DNA of 46,006 nucleotides. It comes from a virus (taxonomy: Duplodnaviria > Heunggongvirae > Uroviricota > Caudoviricetes). Numbering within the stretch: position 1 is the first letter of the stretch; every line of letters begins with the position of its first letter. The DNA lies in IMG/VR virus record IMGVR_UViG_3300028886_000029, positions 1 to 46,006 of that record. One strand, given 5' to 3'. The position numbers were made by a program, and so were the translations under genes. Shown here in pieces: positions 26,005-34,454 of this stretch. The notes under the pieces were generated by a model. It was not told the origin of the DNA. It did no database searches and worked only from the letters and a program-made list of their open reading frames with translations.

Positions 26005-27302
26005 TTCCCTTTAACTCAGCCACTGCAAATATATAAATTTTTTAAATAAAAACAAACTTTTTCACTTTTATTAACTATTTATATATGTAATGATTAAAGC
26101 ATACAAATATAAAATCCTACCATCAGAAGAACAAAAACAACTTTTAAATAAGTTCTTCGGATGTGCAAGGTATATCTATAATTGGGGGCTTAAAATAAAA
26201 ACACAAACATATAAAGAATATGGTAAATCCATATCATATAATGATTTAGCAAAACAATTAACTGTATTAAAACAACAAAACGAAACCTCATTTCTTTGTG
26301 AATGTGCTAACGAATCACTACAACAATCACTAAGAAACCTTGAAAATGCATTTACTGGGTTTTTCCGTAAAAAATCAAATTACCCAAATTTCAAATCCAA
26401 GAAAAAATCAAGAGAATCGGCTAAGTTCATTAACTGTGCCCATTTTGATTTTGAAAATTGGAAAGTAAAAATTCCAAAAATGGGATGGATTAAACTTTGC
26501 AAAAACCGTACATGGAATCAAGATACATCTAAACAAGGCACGGTAACAGTTTCAAAGGATAAATGTGGTACTTATTGGGTATCAGTTGTTGTTGATAATC
26601 AACAATCAAACAATGATAAAAAAACAATTATAACAGAAACCACTGTTGGTATTGACCTTGGAATTAAGGATTATGCCATTTTATCTGATGGTACAAAATA
26701 TAGCAACCCAAAACACCTTGATAAATCACAAAAAATGCTTGCTCATTGGCAAAAGACATTTGCGAGAACCAAGCAAGGTTCAAATCGCCATGAAAAAGCA
26801 AGATTACAAGTCGCAAAGTGTTATAGGAGCATAACCAATCAACGTAATGATTTCATTCACAAATTATCCACTGATTTAGTTAGGAAGCATGACACGATTT
26901 GTCTTGAAGATTTAAATGTAAAAGGAATAGAACAGAATCATCATCTCGCAAAAGCAATAAGTGATGCCGCTTGGGGTGAATTTGTCAGACAACTCACATA
27001 TAAATCTGAATGGTACGGTAAAAACATTGTGTTCATAGGTAGGTATGAACCAAGCAGTAAATTATGTCATTGTTGCGGATATGTTAACAGGGAATTAAAA
27101 TTATCTGATAGACAATGGGCGTGTCCTGTATGTGGTGAACACCATGACAGGGATGTTAATGCGGCTATTAATGTAAAAAGGATTGCATTAGAAAAACAAA
27201 ACCTTATAGGTTTATAGAAATAAAAGACAGCCGAGGGAACGACTGCATGGCGTGGAGGGAAGAGGTTACGAACCCTGTGAATCGCTGAGATATAAAGTGG
27301 TG
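26005..27302 (+). mobile_element. Non-autonomous TnpB-only element 2
   Basis: Bounded by a duplicated GGTG; structured GC-rich 3' tail 27218-27302; no tnpA. Confidence 0.65.
26090..27217 (+). CDS. tnpB: RNA-guided endonuclease TnpB (copy 2)
   Basis: KAYKYKILP, VGIDLG, ICLEDL, CHCC..CPVC, HDRDVNAAIN; CTATTTAT at 26075-26082. Confidence 0.95.
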   Translation: MIKAYKYKILPSEEQKQLLNKFFGCARYIYNWGLKIKTQTYKEYGKSISYNDLAKQLTVLKQQNETSFLCECANESLQQSLRNLENAFTGFFRKKSNYPNFKSKKKSRESAKFINCAHFDFENWKVKIPKMGWIKLCKNRTWNQDTSKQGTVTVSKDKCGTYWVSVVVDNQQSNNDKKTIITETTVGIDLGIKDYAILSDGTKYSNPKHLDKSQKMLAHWQKTFARTKQGSNRHEKARLQVAKCYRSITNQRNDFIHKLSTDLVRKHDTICLEDLNVKGIEQNHHLAKAISDAAWGEFVRQLTYKSEWYGKNIVFIGRYEPSSKLCHCCGYVNRELKLSDRQWACPVCGEHHDRDVNAAINVKRIALEKQNLIGL

Positions 27303-27380
27303 TTAGCCAACAAGTATATCATTCCCTAAATAATATAAAAAACAAAAGTCATGGAAAAAACCATGTCAAATTGACATGGT

Positions 27381-27887
27381 TCATTTGAGTATATCAATTA
27401 TTTTCTCAATGTCTTTTTCTGTTATTCCCGTGTTTTCATCAATGTGTATGAAATTATCTTTTTGGCCTAACAAAAAGTCTGTGTCATCATCAACTATCAC
27501 ATATTCATATGGAACTTGGTCTTCATGATACCTATGCTTATAGTATGGAACACCGTTTCGGTCTTTACCGTATTTTGTTGCTATCCCCTTGAAATTATCA
27601 ATTAACCATTTTTCTATTTCATTACCCCTACACATCCAATCAACATGAAAATGTTCAGTATAACCTATAATCGGTAATTCAAGACCACATTCCTTTAGTG
27701 TTTTTTCTGTTCTTCCGTTATCATAACCCCATGAAGATGATATTACTACCTCAACATTATAATCATTAAGCACATTAAGTAATTTACATTTTTCAGGGTC
27801 AACATAACCTTTGCCTGTCATTAAAAACGGTATTGAAGACAAAACACCATCAATATCAAGAAATAAAATTCGTTTGTTTTTACACAT
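27381..27887 (-). CDS. HAD-superfamily (Swiss-army-knife type) phosphatase
   Basis: LFLDIDGVL, VVISSSW, RGNEI..WL, VIVDDD. Confidence 0.82.
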   Translation of the reverse strand: MCKNKRILFLDIDGVLSSIPFLMTGKGYVDPEKCKLLNVLNDYNVEVVISSSWGYDNGRTEKTLKECGLELPIIGYTEHFHVDWMCRGNEIEKWLIDNFKGIATKYGKDRNGVPYYKHRYHEDQVPYEYVIVDDDTDFLLGQKDNFIHIDENTGITEKDIEKIIDILK

Positions 27888-27889
27888 CT

Positions 27890-28360
27890 CTAATTTCCTT
27901 TAACAATCCAATCTGCCATTGTAGTCACAAGTGGTCCGAATGTTTTAAATCTTACCTCATATCCAAGCCCTTCAATCCAACCTTTAGCGGCTGAATAGAC
28001 CTCATTGGATTTAAATTTGGGATTTGGATTTATGTCAATATCAATATATTTCGGTTTAATACCGGTTTTTTCTTTAATTGATTCCGCAGTCTCTATTGAT
28101 GCCGCAACCTCATTCATGAGCCTTGTGTTTCTTACCCTTTCCTTTGACGTGTTCCATCTTTTGAAAAGACAATGTGCGCCATGTCCTGGTGTATATAAAG
28201 CGATAACAGTAGAATAATATGTTTTTTGCCCTTTGTTTTGGGAATCAGTACCCACCATTATGTCAATATCTTTATGGTTAGAACAATAGTCCTTAACATA
28301 GTCTTCAATATTTTCTATTTTCTCATTATTGAACTTTTTAAAACTAAATGCTTCAATCAT
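27890..28360 (-). CDS. RNase H-like (YkuK-type) protein
   Basis: MVGTDSQ, EVAASIE, IDIDIN, KSN, ADW. Confidence 0.82.
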   Translation of the reverse strand: MIEAFSFKKFNNEKIENIEDYVKDYCSNHKDIDIMVGTDSQNKGQKTYYSTVIALYTPGHGAHCLFKRWNTSKERVRNTRLMNEVAASIETAESIKEKTGIKPKYIDIDINPNPKFKSNEVYSAAKGWIEGLGYEVRFKTFGPLVTTMADWIVKGN

Positions 28361-29024
28361 TGTACTTTAACCTTTTAATTTCATTTCTTATTTCAGTCAA
28401 AGACATATCAGGCATAGGTGTATATATTCCAAATGATTTTTCCCAACAAAATTTTTTCATTCTGTCCTGATATTCTTCAAGTGTAATGTTATTGGTTTTA
28501 TAGTCTTTGACTATATTAACAAATGTGTTTCTTATTTTTTCCTTATAATTTTCCTGTTCAAAATCGTAAATATATAAATCAACATCATCACAAGTGTCCG
28601 CAATTATATCATATATTTTTTTGGCGTTACCACCTGCCTCATAATTTGAATTACCTATAAGTGTCGTGCCTATTTTTTTGCCTTTGAAATGTTTATTTAC
28701 CAATTCCAAACAATTTGTTAACGCGTTATAATCAAGAGCATCAGGTTGTATATCAGGTCTGTATCTACCTTTTGTGATGTAACATATAACAAACAACGGA
28801 AAACCTTTTTTCTGATATGATGTCACGACCTCACATGTTCCTAACTTGTTAGGGTCATCATATTTTGTTTTTCTGTTTACTTTAAGGACATCAGGAAAAT
28901 TCAAACCAATATCGTACTGAAAACCATTACCAAAACAATTTTTGATAGATGTACCGACTAATATCACATCATATTCTTTAATATGGTTTATAAGGTTCTC
29001 ACCCACTATTATCTCTTTTACCAT
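28353..29024 (-). CDS. Macro-domain-like protein
   Basis: Degenerate NCFGNG, NKLG, DYNAL..CL, IG...AGG pattern. Confidence 0.55.
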   Translation of the reverse strand: MVKEIIVGENLINHIKEYDVILVGTSIKNCFGNGFQYDIGLNFPDVLKVNRKTKYDDPNKLGTCEVVTSYQKKGFPLFVICYITKGRYRPDIQPDALDYNALTNCLELVNKHFKGKKIGTTLIGNSNYEAGGNAKKIYDIIADTCDDVDLYIYDFEQENYKEKIRNTFVNIVKDYKTNNITLEEYQDRMKKFCWEKSFGIYTPMPDMSLTEIRNEIKRLKYND

Positions 29025-30079
29025 TTAAACCCCTCCAATATCTTTTTTTGTTCATCACTCAATTTGTTTGGATAAACATATTTAACAACAACAATATAAT
29101 TACCATATCCGTCTCTTGTCTGTAAATTAAACATACCCTTGTTTTTGTAAGTGAATTGTGTATTGTCTTTCGTACCTTCAGGTATTGTCAGTTTTTGCTT
29201 AGTACCATCCATAAAACTAATTTCACGCTCACAACCAAGCATTGCCTCATTAAATTTTATGTTTTCCTCATGTATAATGTCAATACCTTTGACTTTGAAA
29301 TAGTCACTGTTTTCAACTCTATATTGAATTATAAGGTCACCATTTTTTCCTTTGCCTTTCGGTTCATTACCAAGACCCTCATAAACAATCTGTACACCAT
29401 CAAAAACACCCTTCGGTATTTCTATTTCTTGCATCACTGTCTTGGTTTTCAATCCTGTTCCATTACAAGACTTGCAAGGGTTTTTAATAATTTTCCCTGT
29501 TCCATGACAATGTGGACATGGTGATGAGATTATTGATGTCATATACCCCTCAACAGTTTTTTTACTTATCATACCTGTACCGTGACAATGGGGACATGTG
29601 GTTTCCTCACCATCAGCAGAACCAGTTCCATTACAGTCAGAACAATGTACCTGTTTCTCAATGGTTATTTTTTTCTTACCACCATTGTACGCATCTGACA
29701 ATGTTATGTTTATCGTAGTGTGAATATCACTACCGACATTTATATGCTCTTGTCTTACATTACCCCTACCAAAAGGATTGAAACCACCAAAGGGGTCATC
29801 ACCAAAAGGATTAAAACCAGCAAAGGGATTGAAACCATTGGCACCGCCAAAAGGATTTGGATTATCATATTGCGCCCTCTTGTCAGGGTCAGATAATGTT
29901 TGATAGGCTTCATTAATTTCTTTAAACTTTTCCTCAGCCTCCTTTTGCTCTTTTTCTGGTTTACCTACCCAACGGTCTGGGTGGTACTGTAATGCAAGTT
30001 TTTTGAACTTTTTATTTATGTCCTCTTGACTGCAATTTTTATCAAGACCTAAAATATCATAATAATTTTTTTCAGCCAT
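29018..30079 (-). CDS. dnaJ: DnaJ chaperone
   Basis: J domain HPD; G/F region; four CxxCxGxG repeats; C-terminal domain. Confidence 0.95.
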   Translation of the reverse strand: MAEKNYYDILGLDKNCSQEDINKKFKKLALQYHPDRWVGKPEKEQKEAEEKFKEINEAYQTLSDPDKRAQYDNPNPFGGANGFNPFAGFNPFGDDPFGGFNPFGRGNVRQEHINVGSDIHTTINITLSDAYNGGKKKITIEKQVHCSDCNGTGSADGEETTCPHCHGTGMISKKTVEGYMTSIISSPCPHCHGTGKIIKNPCKSCNGTGLKTKTVMQEIEIPKGVFDGVQIVYEGLGNEPKGKGKNGDLIIQYRVENSDYFKVKGIDIIHEENIKFNEAMLGCEREISFMDGTKQKLTIPEGTKDNTQFTYKNKGMFNLQTRDGYGNYIVVVKYVYPNKLSDEQKKILEGFKW

Positions 30080-30115
30080 TTCTAAAAAAATGTTTTCTTT
30101 ACCTTACTGCAAATT

Positions 30116-31288
30116 TCAGACCAAATTGCCTGAAATTATCCATTCCTTTGAAAACCATATATTTTCAGGTATTTCACCAGCGTTTTTGAAACACTCCTGT
30201 AACTGTTTACCACTATAACCACATAGTGTTACCTCATCAGGTTTATTTCGATATGCGATTTTAAACTTTTTTTCAGGATGTTGTCTTGCGCAATTATAAA
30301 GTTTTTGTATGTTTTTGGTGATGGTAGCCAATGTCATTTTAGGATAGTTGTACCTTAACTCAGTTGTGGGTAACGCATATGAGTTTCCTTGCAGTCCTTC
30401 ACCTTTTCCATAAATCGCTCCAAACTGTTTAACCGCAACTCGTGCTGAACCTGCACCGTGTCTTCCCTCAGGATTAGAGCCAAAAACAAAAATGGTGTCA
30501 TCCTCAGGTACAATATCGCCATCATAATAGTTTAATTTCTTTTCAGTTTGTTCCATAACAAAATTAAAATTTTCTTTATTGTTCCTACAAAAATCGTACC
30601 AAAACATTTTCGTGTCCCTGTCAAAATATTTTTTGTCCAAGTCCACAAAAATACTGTTTCTAATGGTTAAGAAACCTTGTTTTTCAGAGTCATACACGCA
30701 AAATTTCAAAATCGCATCTTTGTATTGCGGATATTTCTCTTTTAGAAGTCTCACTTCATTAAGAGCGTTAATCCTATCGGTAATAGTTGTTTCCGCTTTT
30801 CCAAGAAAAAATGATATTGGTTTAACCTGTACGAAATATGTTTTACCTTCAAATGTAAAAACTATGTCAACACCATATTTCCTGTCAAACAACTCCTTGG
30901 TTTCTTTATCAAGGTTTATTATCTCAGTACCTTTTTGCTTTTTAATGTAATCAATGACATAATTCTCAACCTGTCCTCCAAAATATGTCTCAATTATCAC
31001 ATGACGAACCAACAAATCAAGCATATCTTCTTTAGGCAAATTTGTCAAATAACTTAAAACATTAGATAATGACACAAAAGTATCCTCTGATTTAACATTG
31101 GTCAAATAGTAGTTAAAAAAACTTTCCAAGGTAGTGTCATTTGTTGTTTTAATCCAAGTTCTGTATGCGTTCATACATTTTCCAATCACATCATGTGGAC
31201 GGAACGCTTTGTCATAAAACTCCCTTGTTTGTTTTTTATATTTTTGTAATATGTTATTGTAATGTTCTGTTGACTTCAATGTTATCAT
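30116..31288 (-). CDS. Fusion of a PD-(D/E)xK nuclease-like domain and a C-terminal FVFGSN..G.HG.G macro-like phage domain
   Basis: DRKYGVDIV..FVQVKP; IFVFGSNPEGRHGAGSA..GEGLQGNSYALPT. Confidence 0.65.
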   Translation of the reverse strand: MITLKSTEHYNNILQKYKKQTREFYDKAFRPHDVIGKCMNAYRTWIKTTNDTTLESFFNYYLTNVKSEDTFVSLSNVLSYLTNLPKEDMLDLLVRHVIIETYFGGQVENYVIDYIKKQKGTEIINLDKETKELFDRKYGVDIVFTFEGKTYFVQVKPISFFLGKAETTITDRINALNEVRLLKEKYPQYKDAILKFCVYDSEKQGFLTIRNSIFVDLDKKYFDRDTKMFWYDFCRNNKENFNFVMEQTEKKLNYYDGDIVPEDDTIFVFGSNPEGRHGAGSARVAVKQFGAIYGKGEGLQGNSYALPTTELRYNYPKMTLATITKNIQKLYNCARQHPEKKFKIAYRNKPDEVTLCGYSGKQLQECFKNAGEIPENIWFSKEWIISGNLV

Positions 31289-32471
31289 TTTTTCTCCTCC
31301 AAACAAAACCACCGCTTGTCCTTATCTTTCCATTTACACATTGGGAAATAGACGCTTTGGAATAACCTAACTTAGATTGTATCTCATCAAGTGATGTCCA
31401 TAATCTAATGAAATCACCATTTTTATTATATTGTAATATCTCATATGATTTCCTACCTCTTTTCTTAGGTGTTTTAATCAAAACCGCACCAACATCTTTA
31501 ACCGTTCCGTCCTTAACAAATTCAGTGGTATTAATAGTGTCAATAACCTGACCTTTCTTGTCATAGAAAATGATTGTGGGTTGGATTGCGTTAACCATAT
31601 TGACGTTTTTCTTCTCCTCTTTAGGTGTTTTCTTATTTTGCCTTTTTCGTCTGGCTTTTTTTATGTTCTTACCTTCAGAATATTTGGTGTCAAGTACATT
31701 ATTAAGTTCCTTATTCTGTTTGTTATCCGACCAAACCTTTCCTTCAAGCTCCTGCATCTCACATAACTCAAGCCATCTGAAACAACTGTTTTTCATCGCA
31801 AGTTTATCGTCTTTTTTGAACACCCAAAAAGTGGATGTATACTTTCTTGCGTGTTGTTGTCCGTTAGGAAAATGGGATGTGGCGACAATTCTTGCCTTGG
31901 CTTCAAGTATGAACTCATCCTCAACATAAAAGCCCACTTTGTCAGCAACCATAAATGAAAAGGGAGAGGACCAACACTCACGACCACCTGAGACAGTGCT
32001 TTGCATTTTCCACACACAAATCCCATCATCTTTCAATACCCTATAACATTCTTTTATCCACCAATAAATGTTTTCAAACAACTCATCGGCAGGATAAAAG
32101 GAAGAAAACCTGTTACTAATCAGATTGTTCCCCTCTCGTATATTTATTGTTTTTGATGGCGTGTTCCTTGGAGAAACCACAAAAGGCAAATCAACAACAA
32201 TACTTTGTAGACTGTTGTCTTCCAACGGCAATTTTTGAAACGGCGTTATCTTAATAATGTCTTCCCTTTGCGGACAAACATCCATCAGTATTTTTGGAAT
32301 CGGTATGTCATATTTGTTTTGTTTGTTTTTCTGATAAAACTTTAACTCACTCGCCGTGATATCACATTCAAATGGCTCACCATTATTATATAATCTCATT
32401 ATATTATATAATATCTCCGTTTGGTCAAACGAAATGTTTCTGATAATTGTTTTGTTGTTAATCTCTTCCAT
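31254..32471 (-). CDS. DNA methyltransferase-like protein with C-terminal NUMOD1-type HTH
   Basis: SIVVDLPF (DPPY/F-like), ECYRVLKDDG, WVFKK; C-terminal ISQCVNGKIRTSGGFVW. Confidence 0.65.
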   Translation of the reverse strand: MEEINNKTIIRNISFDQTEILYNIMRLYNNGEPFECDITASELKFYQKNKQNKYDIPIPKILMDVCPQREDIIKITPFQKLPLEDNSLQSIVVDLPFVVSPRNTPSKTINIREGNNLISNRFSSFYPADELFENIYWWIKECYRVLKDDGICVWKMQSTVSGGRECWSSPFSFMVADKVGFYVEDEFILEAKARIVATSHFPNGQQHARKYTSTFWVFKKDDKLAMKNSCFRWLELCEMQELEGKVWSDNKQNKELNNVLDTKYSEGKNIKKARRKRQNKKTPKEEKKNVNMVNAIQPTIIFYDKKGQVIDTINTTEFVKDGTVKDVGAVLIKTPKKRGRKSYEILQYNKNGDFIRLWTSLDEIQSKLGYSKASISQCVNGKIRTSGGFVWRRKNDNIEVNRTLQ

Positions 32472-33417
32472 AATAGTTTTCGATAAAATTTATTATATTC
32501 TTATACATTTTTTCAATTGTCTCTTGACAAAGTTTTATAATCTCTTCCTTTTTCTTAGAAATATAGACTTCAACATTAAATGTTTGTGGGTCAAATAAAA
32601 GAATGTCTTCATTATGATTGTATATATTCTTAAACTTACCGGTTAAACATTTGTTTATATATTTAATATCGTCATTTTTAATCTCTCTATGTAACATATT
32701 TTCTAACACCTCTTCGTACATTTGGTATTTATCATATTTTTCAATGGCGTTTTGATATTCTAAAGTCGAAATTTTGTTTTTGTCTCTATTTTTGAAATAT
32801 TCTTCCATGAAATTTGACACTGAAGATATGTTAGCTGTTCTTTCTATAAAGAAAGTAATGTACATCCCATAAAAGAAATAATGGCTAAATTCTTCAGGTG
32901 CTTGACTTTGAAAATATAGTAAATAATTATATAAAATCATTGAGTTAATATTGACATCTTTGACTTTTGGTAATTCCTTTTGGAAACAATGCATTATTTC
33001 GTGTGCCATTGTACTTGATATGTCATACTTAGGTGTGTTACCATATTTTACATATAGAACAATTTTGTGCTCATTGTTTTCATAAAAACTTTTCCCACTA
33101 ACAGGTAATTCTACTGTGTCATTGATTAGTGACCAATGCACAATGAGTGTTACATTTCCCACACCTTCAATATTTCCGTTTACTCTAATTATTGATTCAA
33201 TGCCGTTATTAATAGTCTCACCATTATCAATTTTATTAAACACTTGTTTTACCATGTTTTTAACTGACTGATATTGGCCTTTAAACGAACCATAAGACTC
33301 ATCAATTAATTTCTCAGTTAACAACTCATATTGCTCGTGTAAAATTTTTCTTATTTTAATGTCACTAACACAATTACTTTCTTTAAACAATTCTTTAACT
33401 GTTAAGCGTTTATCCAT
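32458..33417 (-). CDS. HEXXH zincin-like protein (tandem paralog A)
   Basis: TMAHEIMHCFQ; ERTAN; ATG at 33417. Confidence 0.78.
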   Translation of the reverse strand: MDKRLTVKELFKESNCVSDIKIRKILHEQYELLTEKLIDESYGSFKGQYQSVKNMVKQVFNKIDNGETINNGIESIIRVNGNIEGVGNVTLIVHWSLINDTVELPVSGKSFYENNEHKIVLYVKYGNTPKYDISSTMAHEIMHCFQKELPKVKDVNINSMILYNYLLYFQSQAPEEFSHYFFYGMYITFFIERTANISSVSNFMEEYFKNRDKNKISTLEYQNAIEKYDKYQMYEEVLENMLHREIKNDDIKYINKCLTGKFKNIYNHNEDILLFDPQTFNVEVYISKKKEEIIKLCQETIEKMYKNIINFIENYYGRD

Positions 33418-33421
33418 TTTA

Positions 33422-34360
33422 TTAGTTTTCAATAAAATTTATTATGTTCTTGTGCATTTTTTCAATTGTCTCTTGACAAAGTTTTATGATTTCCTCTTTT
33501 TTCTTGGAAATGTAAACCTCAACATTAAATGTCTGTGGATTGAAAAGAATAATATTTTTATTATTATCGTACATGTTTTTAAATGTTCCTGTCAAACATT
33601 TGTTTATGTACTCAATATCTTTTAGTTCAATTGGTATATTTTTTAAATTTCTCAGCACTTCTTCATATATTTGATATTTGTCACATTTTTCAATAGCATT
33701 TTGATATTCTAAAGTTGTAATTTTGTTTTTATCTCTATTTTTGAAATACTCTTCCATAAAATTTGATACAGAAGATATATTGGCAGTCCTTTCGATAAAA
33801 AATGTAATATACATTCCATAGAAAAAATAATAACTGAACAATGGGGCAACACTAAAAAACGATGGTAAATATTTGTATAATATCATTGAATTAACATTAA
33901 CATCTTTAACTTTAGGTAATTTTATTTGAAAACAATGCATTATTTCATGCGCCATTGTTGAAGATATGTTATAATATGGCGTTTTCCCTTTCTTAACATT
34001 TAAAGTCACTGTTAAAGTATTGTTATCATCAACAGTACTCTCCCCACTAACAATATCAGTATCACCATCAAATAAACTCCAATATACAAACAAATTTATA
34101 TTACCAACACCAATAACATTACCACTCGCTTTTATTATAACTTTTTTCCCATCACTAATATATTCGTAGTTGTTATATTTTCTTATTATTTCATTAGTTA
34201 TGTTTTTAACTGATTGGTATTGCCCTTTAAACGAACCATAGGACTCATCTAAAAGTTTTTGACATATTTTTTCCCTTTGTTCAAAAAGTCGTTTTTTCTC
34301 AACTATTTTATTGAACTCTTTTGTGGTGTTTGTAATTGTTTCTATGAACATTTTTTCCAT
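33422..34360 (-). CDS. HEXXH zincin-like protein (tandem paralog B)
   Basis: Long identical peptides shared with paralog A (DESYGSFKGQYQSVKN, YGMYITFFIERTANISSVSNFMEEYFKNRDKNKI). Confidence 0.78.
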   Translation of the reverse strand: MEKMFIETITNTTKEFNKIVEKKRLFEQREKICQKLLDESYGSFKGQYQSVKNITNEIIRKYNNYEYISDGKKVIIKASGNVIGVGNINLFVYWSLFDGDTDIVSGESTVDDNNTLTVTLNVKKGKTPYYNISSTMAHEIMHCFQIKLPKVKDVNVNSMILYKYLPSFFSVAPLFSYYFFYGMYITFFIERTANISSVSNFMEEYFKNRDKNKITTLEYQNAIEKCDKYQIYEEVLRNLKNIPIELKDIEYINKCLTGTFKNMYDNNKNIILFNPQTFNVEVYISKKKEEIIKLCQETIEKMHKNIINFIEN

Positions 34361-34454
34361 GAAATTTTATTTTTAACAAAAATACAAAATTAAGACAACA
34401 AAAACAAACAAAACAAGAAAAAAAGACTATTTATAGGTGATAAACTATATTGTA

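Larger units (their letters stand above)
25977..27326. repeat. 24-bp inverted repeat flanking the TnpB2 element
   Basis: 25977-26000 and 27303-27326 are 22/24 reverse complements; each is adjacent to GGTG (26001-26004, 27299-27302). Confidence 0.85.
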
